Source: Eledone cirrhosa
Taxonomy: Eukaryota
Direction of reading: 5' to 3'
Length of the DNA stretch: 64,000 bases
Assembly (NCBI GenBank): GCA_964016885.1
Contig: OZ024743.1
Span: 90,086,001-90,150,000 of the forward strand
This document shows positions 36,801 through 51,800 of the stretch, in pieces. Position 1 is the first letter of the stretch. The number at the start of each line of letters is the position of its first letter. The position numbers and the translations under genes are program-made. The notes under the pieces were generated by a model that worked only from the letters and a program-made list of their open reading frames with translations, had not been told where the DNA came from and did not search any database.

Positions 36801-39800
36801 CCACTAATGACCTTACAATTGCCAGCTAAACACTCTAACCACTCCACCCTTCACACCACTTATGACCTTACAATTGCCAGCTAAACACTCTAACCACTCC
36901 ACCCTTCACACCACTCATGACCTTACAATTGCCAGCTCAACACTCTAACCACTCCACCCTTCACACCACTCATGACCTTACAATTGCCAGCTAAACACTC
37001 TAACCACTCCACCCTTCACACCACTCATGACCTTACAATTGCCAGCCAAACAATCTAACCACTCTACCCTTCACACCACTTATGACATTACAATTGCCAG
37101 CCAAACACTCTAACCCCTCCACCCTTCAAACCACTCATGACCTTACAATTGCCAGCTAAACACTCTAACCACTCCACCCTTCACACCACTTATGACCTTA
37201 CAATTGCCAGCCAAACACTCTAACCCCTCCACCCTTCACACCACTTATGACCTTACAATTGCCAGCTAAACACACTAACCACTCCACCCTTCACACCACT
37301 TATGACCTTACAATTGCCAGCTAAACACTCTAACCACTCCACCCTTCACACCACTTATGACCTTACAATTGCCAGCTAAACACTCTAACCACTCCACCCT
37401 TCACACCACTAATGACCTTACAATTGCCAGCTAAACACTCTAACCACTCCACCCTTCACACCACACATGACCTTACAATTGCCAGCCAAACAATCTAACC
37501 ACTCTACCCTTCACACCACACATGACCTTACAATTGCCAGCCAAACACTCTAACCACTCCACCCTTCACACCACTTATGACCTTACAATTGCCAGCCAAA
37601 CACTCTAACCACTCCACCCTTCACACCACTCATGACCTTACAATTGCCAGCTAAACACTCTAACCACTCCACCCTTCACAACACTCATGACCTGACAATT
37701 GCCAGCTAAACACTCTAACCACTCCACCCTTCACACCACTTATGACCTTACAATTGCCAGCTAAACACTCTAACCACTCCACCCTTCACACCACTTATGA
37801 CCTTACAATTGCCAGCCAAACACTCTAACCACTCCACCCTTCACACCACTTATGACCTTACAATTGCCAGCCAAACACTCTAACCACTCCACCCTTCACA
37901 ACACTCATGACCTTACAATTGCCAGCTAAACACTCTAACCACTCCACCCTTCACACCACTTATGACCTTACAATTGCCAGCCAAACACTCTAACCACTCC
38001 ACCCTTCACACCACTTATGACCTTACAATTGCCAGCCAAACACTCTAACCACTCCACCCTTCACAACACTCATGACCTTACAATTGCCAGCTAAACACTC
38101 TAACCACTCCACCCTTCACACCACTTATGACCTTACAATTGCCAGCTAAACACTCTAACCACTCCACCCTTCACACCACTCATGACCTTACAATTGCCAG
38201 CTAAACACTCTAACCACTCCACCCTTCACAACACTCATGACCTTACAATTGCCAGCTAAACACTCTAACCACTCCACCCTTCACACCACTTATGACCTTA
38301 CAATTGCCAGCTAAACACTCTAACCACTCCACCCTTCACACCACACATGACCTTACAATTGCCAGCCAAACAATCTAACCACTCTACCCTTCACACCACT
38401 TATGACCTTACAATTGCCAGCTAGACACTCTAACAACTCCACCCTTCACACCACTTATGACCTTACAATTGCAGGCTAAACACTCTAACCCCTCCACCCT
38501 TCACACCACTTATGACCTTACAATTGCCAGCTAAACACTCTAACCACTCCACCCTTCACAACACTCATGACCTTACAATTGCCAGCTAAACACTCTAACC
38601 ACTCCACCCTTCACACCACACATGACCTTACAATTGCCAGCTAAACACTCTAACCATTCCACCCTTCACACCACTTATGACCTTACAATTGTCAGCCAAA
38701 CACTCTAACCACTCCACCCTTCACACCACTCATGACCTTACAATTGCCAGCTAAACACTCTAACCCCTCCACCCTTCACACCACTTATGACCTTACAATT
38801 GTCAGCCAAACACTCTAACCACTCCACCCTTCACACCACTCATGACCTTACAATTGCCAGCTAAACACTCTAACCACTCCACCCTTCACACCACTTATGA
38901 CCTTACAATTGCCAGCCAAACACTCTAACCACTCCACCCTTCACACCACTCATGAACTTACAATTGCCAGCTAAACACTCTAACCACTCCACCCTTCACA
39001 CCACTTATGACCTTACAATTGCCAGCCAAACACTCTAACCCCTCCACCCTTCACACCACTTATGACCTTACAATTGCCAGCGAAACACTCTAACCACTCC
39101 ACCCTTCACACCACTTATGACCTTACAATTGCCAGCCAAACACTCTAACCACTCCACCCTTCACACCACTTATGACCTTACAATTGCCAGCTAAACACTC
39201 TAACCACTCCACCCTTCACACCACTTATGACCTTACAATTGCCAGCTAAACACTCTAACCACTCCACCCTTCACACCACTCATGACCTTACAATTGCCAG
39301 CTAAACACTCTAACCACTCCACCCTTCACACCACTCATGACCTTACAATTGCCAGCTAAACACTCTAACCACATCACCCTTCACACCACTTATGACCTTA
39401 CAATTGCCAGCTAAACACTCTAACCACTCCACCCTTCACACCACTCATGACCTTACAATTGCCAGCCAAACACTCTAACCACTCCACCCTTCACACCACT
39501 CATGACCTTACAATTGCCAGCTAAACACTCTAACCACTCCACCCTTCACACCACTTATGACCTTACAATTGCCAGCTAAACACTCTAACCACTCCACCCT
39601 TCACACCACTTATGACCTTACAATTGCAGGCTAAACACTCTAACCACTCCACCCTTCACACCACTCATGACCTTACAATTGCCAGCTAAACACTCTAACC
39701 ACTCCACCCTTCACACCACTTATGACCTTACAATTGCCAGCCAAGCACTCTAACCACTCCACCCTTCACACCACTTATGACCTTACAATTGCAGGCTAAA

Positions 39801-42800
39801 CACTCTAACCACTCCACCCTTCACACCACTCATGACCTTACAATTGCCAGCTAAACACTCTAACCACTCCACCCTTCACACCACTTATGACCTTACAATT
39901 GCCAGCTAAACACTCTAACCACTCCACCCTTCACACCACTGATGACCTTACAATTGCAGGCTAAACACTCTAACCACTCCACCCTTCTAACCACTCATGA
40001 CCTTACAATTGCCAGCCAAACACTCTAACCACTCCACCCTTCACACCACTCATGACCTTACAATTGCCAGCTAAACACTCTAACCCCTCGACCCTTCACA
40101 CCACTTATGACCTTACAATTGCCAGCCAAACACTCTAACCACTCCACCCTTCACACCACTCATGACCTTACAATTGCCAGCTAAACACTCTAACCACCCC
40201 ACCCTTCACACCACTTATGACCTTACAATTGACAGCCAAACACTCTAACCACTCCACCCTTCACACCACTTATGACCTTACAATTGCCACCTAAACACTC
40301 TAACCACTCCACCCTTCACACCACTTATGACCTTACAATTGCCAGCTAAACACTCTAACCACTCCACCCTTCACACCACTCATGACCTTACAATTGCCAG
40401 CAAAACACTCTAACCACTCCACCCTTCACACCACTTATGACCTTACAATTGCCAGCTAAACACTCTAACCACTCCACCCTTCACACCACTTATGACCTTA
40501 CAATTGCCACCTAAACACTCTAACCACTCCACCCTTCACACCACTCATGACCTTACAATTGCCAGCTAAACACTCTAACCACTCCACCCTTCACACCACT
40601 CATGACCTTACAATTGCCAGCTAAACACTCTAACCACTCCACCCTTCACACCACTTATGACCTTACAATTGCCAGCTAAACACTCTAACCACTCCACCCT
40701 TCACACCACTTATGACCTTACAATTGCCAGCCAAGCACTCTAACCACTCCACCCTTCACACCACTCATGACCTTACAATTGCCAGCTAAACACTCTAACC
40801 ACTCCACCCTTCACACCACTAATGACCTTACAATTGCCAGCTAAACACTCTAACCACTCCACCCTTCACACCACTTATGACCTTACAATTGCCAGCTAAA
40901 CACTCTAACCACTCCACCCTTCACACCACTCATGACCTTACAATTGCCAGCTCAACACTCTAACCACTCCACCCTTCACACCACTCATGACCTTACAATT
41001 GCCAGCTAAACACTCTAACCACTCCACCCTTCACACCACTCATGACCTTACAATTGCCAGCCAAACAATCTAACCACTCTACCCTTCACACCACTTATGA
41101 CATTACAATTGCCAGCCAAACACTCTAACCCCTCCACCCTTCAAACCACTCATGACCTTACAATTGCCAGCTAAACACTCTAACCACTCCACCCTTCACA
41201 CCACTTATGACCTTACAATTGCCAGCCAAACACTCTAACCCCTCCACCCTTCACACCACTTATGACCTTACAATTGCCAGCTAAACACACTAACCACTCC
41301 ACCCTTCACACCACTTATGACCTTACAATTGCCAGCTAAACACTCTAACCACTCCACCCTTCACACCACTTATGACCTTACAATTGCCAGCTAAACACTC
41401 TAACCACTCCACCCTTCACACCACTAATGACCTTACAATTGCCAGCTAAACACTCTAACCACTCCACCCTTCACACCACACATGACCTTACAATTGCCAG
41501 CCAAACAATCTAACCACTCTACCCTTCACACCACACATGACCTTACAATTGCCAGCCAAACACTCTAACCACTCCACCCTTCACACCACTTATGACCTTA
41601 CAATTGCCAGCCAAACACTCTAACCACTCCACCCTTCACACCACTCATGACCTTACAATTGCCAGCTAAACACTCTAACCACTCCACCCTTCACAACACT
41701 CATGACCTGACAATTGCCAGCTAAACACTCTAACCACTCCACACTTCACACCACTTATGACCTTACAATTGCCAGCTAAACACTCTAACCACTCCACCCT
41801 TCACACCACTTATGACCTTACAATTGCCAGCCAAACACTCTAACCACTCCACCCTTCACACCACTTATGACCTTACAATTGCCAGCCAAACACTCTAACC
41901 ACTCCACCCTTCACAACACTCATGACCTTACAATTGCCAGCTAAACACTCTAACCACTCCACCCTTCACACCACTTATGACCTTACAATTGCCAGCCAAA
42001 CACTCTAACCACTCCACCCTTCACACCACTTATGACCTTACAATTGCCAGCCAAACACTCTAACCACTCCACCCTTCACAACACTCATGACCTTACAATT
42101 GCCAGCTAAACACTCTAACCACTCCACCCTTCACACCACTTATGACCTTACAATTGCCAGCTAAACACTCTAACCACTCCACCCTTCACACCACTCATGA
42201 CCTTACAATTGCCAGCTAAACACTCTAACCACTCCACCCTTCACAACACTCATGACCTTACAATTGCCAGCCAAGCACTCTAACCACTCCACCATTCACA
42301 CCACTTATGACCTTACAATTGCAGGCTAAACACTCTAACCACTCCACCCTTCACACCACTCATGACCTTACAATTGCCAGCTAAACACTCTAACCACTCC
42401 ACCCTTCACACCACTTATGACCTTACAATTGCCAGCTAAACACTCTAACCACTCCACCCTTCACACCACTAATGACCTTACAATTGCAGGCTAAACACTC
42501 TAACCACTCCACCCTTCTAACCACTCATGACCTTACAATTGCCAGCCAAACACTCTAACCACTCCACCCTTCACACCACTCATGACCTTACAATTGCCAG
42601 CTAAACACTCTAACCCCTCGACCCTTCACACCACTTATGACCTTACAATTGCCAGCCAAACACTCTAACCACTCCACCCTTCACACCACTCATGACCTTA
42701 CAATTGCCAGCTAAATACTCTAACCACCCCACCCTTCACACCACTTATGACCTTACAATTGACAGCCAAACACTCTAACCACTCCACCCTTCACACCACT

Positions 42801-45800
42801 TATGACCTTACAATTGCCACCTAAACACTCTAACCACTCCACCCTTCACACCACTTATGACCTTACAATTGCCAGCTAAACACTCTAACCACTCCACCCT
42901 TCACACCACTCATGACCTTACAATTGCCAGCAAAACACTCTAACCACTCCACCCTTCACACCACTTATGACCTTACAATTGCCAGCTAAACACTCTAACC
43001 ACTCCACCCTTCACACCACTTATGACCTTACAATTGCCACCTAAACACTCTAACCACTCCACCCTTCACACCACTCATGACCTTACAATTGCCAGCTAAA
43101 CACTCTAACCACTCCACCCTTCACACCACTCATGACCTTACAATTGCCAGCTAAACACTCTAACCACTCCACCCTTCACACCACTTATGACCTTACAATT
43201 GCCAGCTAAACACTCTAACCACTCCACCCTTCACACCACTTATGACCTTACAATTGCCAGCCAAGCACTCTAACCACTCCACCCTTCACACCACTCATGA
43301 CCTTACAATTGCCAGCTAAACACTCTAACCACTCCACCCTTCACACCACTAATGACCTTACAATTGCCAGCTAAACACTCTAACCACTCCACCCTTCACA
43401 CCACTTATGACCTTACAATTGCCAGCTAAACACTCTAACCACTCCACCCTTCACACCACTCATGACCTTACAATTGCCAGCTCAACACTCTAACCACTCC
43501 ACCCTTCACACCACTCATGACCTTACAATTGCCAGCTAAACACTCTAACCACTCCACCCTTCACACCACTCATGACCTTACAATTGCCAGCCAAACAATC
43601 TAACCACTCTACCCTTCACACCACTTATGACATTACAATTGCCAGCCAAACACTCTAACCCCTCCACCCTTCAAACCACTCATGACCTTACAATTGCCAG
43701 CTAAACACTCTAACCACTCCACCCTTCACACCACTTATGACCTTACAATTGCCAGCCAAACACTCTAACCCCTCCACCCTTCACACCACTTATGACCTTA
43801 CAATTGCCAGCTAAACACACTAACCACTCCACCCTTCACACCACTTATGACCTTACAATTGCCAGCTAAACACTCTAACCACTCCACCCTTCACACCACT
43901 TATGACCTTACAATTGCCAGCTAAACACTCTAACCACTCCACCCTTCACACCACTAATGACCTTACAATTGCCAGCTAAACACTCTAACCACTCCACCCT
44001 TCACACCACACATGACCTTACAATTGCCAGCCAAACAATCTAACCACTCTACCCTTCACACCACACATGACCTTACAATTGCCAGCCAAACACTCTAACC
44101 ACTCCACCCTTCACACCACTTATGACCTTACAATTGCCAGCCAAACACTCTAACCACTCCACCCTTCACACCACTCATGACCTTACAATTGCCAGCTAAA
44201 CACTCTAACCACTCCACCCTTCACAACACTCATGACCTGACAATTGCCAGCTAAACACTCTAACCACTCCACCCTTCACACCACTTATGACCTTACAATT
44301 GCCAGCTAAACACTCTAACCACTCCACCCTTCACACCACTTATGACCTTACAATTGCCAGCCAAACACTCTAACCACTCCACCCTTCACACCACTTATGA
44401 CCTTACAATTGCCAGCCAAACACTCTAACCACTCCACCCTTCACAACACTCATGACCTTACAATTGCCAGCTAAACACTCTAACCACTCCACCCTTCACA
44501 CCACTTATGACCTTACAATTGCCAGCCAAACACTCTAACCACTCCACCCTTCACACCACTTATGACCTTACAATTGCCAGCCAAACACTCTAACCACTCC
44601 ACCCTTCACAACACTCATGACCTTACAATTGCCAGCTAAACACTCTAACCACTCCACCCTTCACACCACTTATGACCTTACAATTGCCAGCTAAACACTC
44701 TAACCACTCCACCCTTCACACCACTCATGACCTTACAATTGCCAGCTAAACACTCTAACCACTCCACCCTTCACAACACTCATGACCTTACAATTGCCAG
44801 CTAAACACTCTAACCACTCCACCCTTCACACCACTTATGACCTTACAATTGCCAGCTAAACACTCTAACCACTCCACCCTTCACACCACACATGACCTTA
44901 CAATTGCCAGCCAAACAATCTAACCACTCTACCCTTCACACCACTTATGACCTTACAATTGCCAGCTAGACACTCTAACAACTCCACCCTTCACACCACT
45001 TATGACCTTACAATTGCAGGCTAAACACTCTAACCCCTCCACCCTTCACACCACTTATGACCTTACAATTGCCAGCTAAACACTCTAACCACTCCACCCT
45101 TCACAACACTCATGACCTTACAATTGCCAGCTAAACACTCTAACCACTCCACCCTTCACACCACACATGACCTTACAATTGCCAGCTAAACACTCTAACC
45201 ATTCCACCCTTCACACCACTTATGACCTTACAATTGTCAGCCAAACACTCTAACCACTCCACCCTTCACACCACTCATGACCTTACAATTGCCAGCTAAA
45301 CACTCTAACCCCTCCACCCTTCACACCACTTATGACCTTACAATTGTCAGCCAAACACTCTAACCACTCCACCCTTCACACCACTCATGACCTTACAATT
45401 GCCAGCTAAACACTCTAACCACTCCACCCTTCACACCACTTATGACCTTACAATTGCCAGCCAAACACTCTAACCACTCCACCCTTCACACCACTCATGA
45501 ACTTACAATTGCCAGCTAAACACTCTAACCACTCCACCCTTCACACCACTTATGACCTTACAATTGCCAGCCAAACACTCTAACCCCTCCACCCTTCACA
45601 CCACTTATGACCTTACAATTGCCAGCGAAACACTCTAACCACTCCACCCTTCACACCACTTATGACCTTACAATTGCCAGCCAAACACTCTAACCACTCC
45701 ACCCTTCACACCACTTATGACCTTACAATTGCCAGCTAAACACTCTAACCACTCCACCCTTCACACCACTTATGACCTTACAATTGCCAGCTAAACACTC

Positions 45801-48800
45801 TAACCACTCCACCCTTCACACCACTCATGACCTTACAATTGCCAGCTAAACACTCTAACCACTCCACCCTTCACACCACTCATGACCTTACAATTGCCAG
45901 CTAAACACTCTAACCACATCACCCTTCACACCACTTATGACCTTACAATTGCCAGCTAAACACTCTAACCACTCCACCCTTCACACCACTTATGACCTTA
46001 CAATTGCCAGCCAAACACTCTAACCACTCCACCCTTCACACCACTTATGACCTTACAATTGCCAGCTAAACACTCTAACCACTCCACCCTTCACACCACT
46101 TATGACCTTACAATTGCCAGCTAAACACTCTAACCACTCCACCCTTCACACCACTCATGACCTTACAATTGCCAGCCAAACACTCTAACCACTCCACCCT
46201 TCTAACCACTTATGACCTTACAATTGCCAGCTAAACACTCTAACCACTCCACCCTTCACACCACTTATGACCTTACAATTGCCAGCCAAGCACTCTAACC
46301 ACTCCACCCTTCACACAACTTATGACCTTACAATTGCCAGCCAAGCACTCTAACCACTCCACCCTTCACACCACTCATGACCTTACAATTGCCAGCTAAA
46401 CACTCTAACCACTCCACCCTTCACACCACTCATGACCTAACAATTGCCAGCCAAACAATCTAACCACTCTACCCTTCACACCACTTATGACATTACAATT
46501 GCCAGCCAAACACTCTAACCCCTCCACCCTTCACACCACTCATGACCTTACAATTGCCAGCCAAACACTCTAACCACTCCACCCTTCACACCACTCATGA
46601 CCTTACAATTGCCAGCTAAACACTCTAACCACTCCACCCTTCACACCACTTATGACCTTACAATTGCCAGCCAAACACTCTAACCCCTCCACCCTACACA
46701 CCACTTATGACCTTACAATTGCCAGCCAAACACTCTAACCACTCCACCCTTCACACCACTCATGACCTTACAATTGCCAGCTAAACACTCTAACCACTCC
46801 ACCCTTCACACCACTTATGACCTTACAATTGCCAGCCAAACACTCTAACCCCTCCACCCTTCACACCACTTATGACCTTACAATTGCCAGCCAAACACTC
46901 TAACCACTCCACCCTTCACACCACTCATGACCTTACAATTGCCAGCCAAACACTCTAACCACTCCACCCTTCACACCACTTATGACCTTACAATTGCCAG
47001 CCAAACACTCTAACCCCTCCACCCTTCACACCACTCATGACCTTACAATTGCCAGCCAAACACTCTAACCATTCCACCCTTCACACCACTCATGACCTTA
47101 CAATTGCCAGCCAAACACTCTAACCACTCCACCCTTCACACCACTCATGACCTTACAATTGCCAGCTAAACACTCTAACAACTCCACCCTTCACACCACT
47201 TATGACCTTACAATTGCAGGCTAAACACTCTAACCCCTCCACCCTTCACACCACTTATGACCTTACAATTGCCAGCCAAACACTCTAACCACTCCACCCT
47301 TCACACCACTCATGACCTTACAATTGCCAGCTAAACACTCTAACAACTCCACCCTTCACACCACTCATGACTTTACAATTGCAGGCTAAACACTCTAACC
47401 CCTCCACCCTTCACACCACTTATGACCTTACAATTGCCAGCCAAACACTCTAACCACTCCACCCTTCACACCACTCATGACCTTACAATTGCCAGCCAAA
47501 CACTCTAACCACTCCACCCTTCACACCACTCATGACCTTACAATTGCCAGCTAAACACTCTAACCACTCCACCCTTCACACCACTTATGACCTTACAATT
47601 GCCAGCTAAACACTCTAACCACTCCACCCTTCACACCACTTATGACCTTACAATTGCCAGCTAAACACTCTAACCACTCTACCCTTCACACCACTTATGA
47701 CCTTACAATTGCCAGCCAAACACTCTAACCACTCCACCCTTCACACCACTCATGACCTTACAATTGCCAGCCAAACACTCTAACCACTCCACCCTTCACA
47801 CCACTCATGACCTTACAATTGCCAGCCAAACACTCTAACCACTCCACCCTTCACACCACTTATGACCTTACAATTGCCAGCTAAACACTCTAACCACTCC
47901 ACCCTTCACACCACTTATGACCTTACAATTGCCAGCTAAACACTCTAACCACTCCACCCTTCACACCACTTATGACCTTACAATTGCCAGCTAAACACTC
48001 TAACCACTCCACCCTTCACACCACTTATGACCTTACAATTGCCAGCTAAACACTCTAACCACTCCACCCTTCACACCACTTATGACCTTACAATTGCCAG
48101 CCAAACATTCTAACCACTCCACCCTTCACACCACTCATGACCTTACAATTGCCAGCCAAACACTCTAACCACTCCACCCTTCACACCACTTATGACCTTA
48201 CAATTGCCAGCTAAACACTCTAACCACTCCACCCTTCACACCACTTATGACCTTACAATTGCCAGCTAAACACACTAACCACTCCACCCTTCACACCACT
48301 TATGACCTTACAATTGCCAGCCAAACACTCTAACCACTCCACCCTTCACACCACTTATGACCTTACAATTGCCAGCCAAACACTCTAACCACTCCACCCT
48401 TCACACCACTTATGACCTTACAATTGCCAGCCAAACACTCTAACCACTCCACCCTTCACACCACTTATGACCTTACAATTGCCAGCCAAACACTCTAACC
48501 ACTCCACCCTTCACACCACTCATGACCTTACAATTGCCAGCCAAACACTCTAACCACTCCACCCTTCACACCACTCATGACCTTACAATTGCCAGCCAAA
48601 CACTCTAACCACTCCACCCTTCACACCACTCATGACCTTACAATTGCCAGCTAAACACTCTAACCACTCCACCCTTCACACCACTCATGACCTTACAATT
48701 GCCAGCTAAACACTCTAACCACTCCACCCTTCACACCACTTATGACCTTACAATTGCCAGCTAAACACTCTAACCACTCCACCCTTCACACCACTCATGA

Positions 48801-51800
48801 CCTTACAATTGCCTGCTAAACACTCTAACCACTCCACCCTTCACACCACTTATGACCTTACAATTGCCAGCTAAACACACTAACCACTCCACCCTTCACA
48901 CCACTTATGACCTTACAATTGCCAGCTAAACACTCTAACCACTCCACCCTTCACACCACTCATGACCTTACAATTGCCAGCTAAACACTCTAACCACTCC
49001 ACCCTTCACACCACTTATGACCTTACAATTGCCAGCTAAACACTCTAAACACTCCACCCTTCACACCACTCATGACCTTACAATTGCCAGCCAAACACTC
49101 TAACCACTCCACCCTTCACACCACTCATGACCTTACAATTGCCAGCTAAACACTCTAACCACTCCACCCTTCACACCACTCATGACCTTACAATTGCCAG
49201 CTAAACACTCTAACCACTCCACCCTTCACACCACTTATGACCTTACAATTGCCAGCTAAACACTCTAACCACTCCACCCTTCACACCACTCATGACCTTA
49301 CAATTGCCTGCTAAACACTCTAACCACTCCACCCTTCACACCACTTATGACCTTACAATTGCCAGCTAAACACACTAACCACTCCACCCTTCACACCACT
49401 TATGACCTTACAATTGCCAGCTAAACACTCTAACCACTCCACCCTTCACACCACTCATGACCTTACAATTGCCAGCTAAACACTCTAACCACTCCACCCT
49501 TCACACCACTTATGACCTTACAATTGCCAGCTAAACACTCTAACCACTCCACCCTTCACACCACTCATGACCTTACAATTGCCTGCTAAACACTCTAACC
49601 ACTCCACCCTTCACACCACTTATGACCTTACAATTGCCAGCTAAACACACTAACCACTCCACCCTTCACACCACTTATGACCTTACAATTGCCAGCTAAA
49701 CACTCTAACCACTCCACCCTTCACACCACTCATGACCTTACAATTGCCAGCTAAACACTCTAACCACTCCACCCTTCACACCACTTATGACCTTACAATT
49801 GCCAGCTAAACACTCTAACCACTCCACCCTTCACACCACTCATGACCTTACAATTGCCAGCTAAACACTCTAACCACTCCACCCTTCACACCACTTATGA
49901 CATTACAATTGCCAGCTAAACACTCTAACCACTCCACCCTTCACACCACTCATGACCTTACAATTGCCAGCTAAACACTCTAACCACTCCACCCTTCACA
50001 CCACTTATGACATTACAATTGCCAGCTAAACACTCTAACCACTCCACCCTTCACACCACTCATGACCTTACAATTGCCAGCTAAACAGTCTAACCACTCC
50101 ACCCTTCACACCACTCATGACCTTACAATTGCCAGCTAAACACTCTAACCACTCCACCCTTCACACCACTTATGACCTTACAATTGCCAGCTAAACACTC
50201 TAACCACTCCACCATTCACACCACTTATGACCTCACAATTGCCAGCCAAACACTCTAACCACTCCACCCTTCACACCACTTATGACCTTACAATTGCCAG
50301 CCAAACACTCTAACCACTCCACCCTTCACACCACTTATGACCTTACAATTGCCAGCTAAACACTCTAACCCCTCCACCCTTCACACCACTTATGACCTTA
50401 CAATTGCCAGCTAAACACTCTAACCACTCCACCCTTCACACCACTTATGACCTTACAATTGCCAGCTAAACACTCTAACCCCTCCACCCTTCACACCACC
50501 TATGACCTAACAATTGCCAGCCAAACACTCTAACCACTCCACCCTTCACACCACTTATGACCTTACAATTGCCAGCCAAACACTCTAACCACTCCACCCT
50601 TCACACCACTCATGACCTTACAATTGCCAGCCAAACACTCTAACCACTCCACCCTTCACACCACTCATGACCTTACAATTGCCAGCCAAACACTCTAACC
50701 ACTCCACCCTTCACACCACTTATGACCTTACAATTGACAGCTAAACACTCTAACCACTCCACCCTTCACACCACTTATGACCTTACAATTGCCAGCCAAA
50801 CACTCTAACCACTCCACCCTTCACACCACTTATGACCTTACAATTGCCAGCTAAACACTCTAACCACTCCACCCTTCACACCACTTATGACCTTACAATT
50901 GCCAGCCAAACACTCTAACCACTCCACCCTTCACATCACTCATGACCTTACAATTGCCAGCCAAACACTCTAACCACTCCACCCTTCACACCACTTATGA
51001 CCTAACAATTGCCAGCCAAACACTCTAACCACTCCACCCTTCACACCACTTATGACCTTACAATTGCCAGCCAAACACTCTAACCACTCCACCCTTCACA
51101 CCACTTATGACATTACAATTGCCAGCTAAACACTCTAACCACTCTACCCTTCACACCACTCATGACCTTACAATTGTCAGCCAAACACTCTAACCACTCC
51201 ACCCTTCACACCACTTATGACATTACAATTGCCAGCTAAACACTCTAACCACTCTACCCTTCACACCACTCATGACCTTACAATTGTCAGCCAAACACTC
51301 TAACCACTCCACCCTTCACACCACTCATGACCTTACGATTGCCAGCTAAACACTCTAACCACTCTACCCTTCACACCACTCATGACCTTACAATTGCCAG
51401 CTAAACACTCTAACCCCTCCACCCTTCACACCACTTATGACCTTACAATTGCCAGCCAAACACTCTAACCACTCCACCCTTCACACCACTCATGACCTTA
51501 CAATTGCCAGCCAAACACTCTAACCACTCCACCCTTCACACCACTCATGACCTTACAATTGCCAGCTAAACACTCTAACCACTCCACCCTTCACACCACT
51601 CATGACCTTACAATTGCCAGCTAAACACTCTAACCACTCCACCCTTCACACCACTCATGACCTTACAATTGCCAGCCAAACACTCTAACCACTCCACCCA
51701 TCACACCACTTATGACCTTACAATTGCCAGCCAAACACTCTAACCACTCCACCCTTCACACCACTTATGACCTTACAATTGCCAGCCAAACACTCTAACC

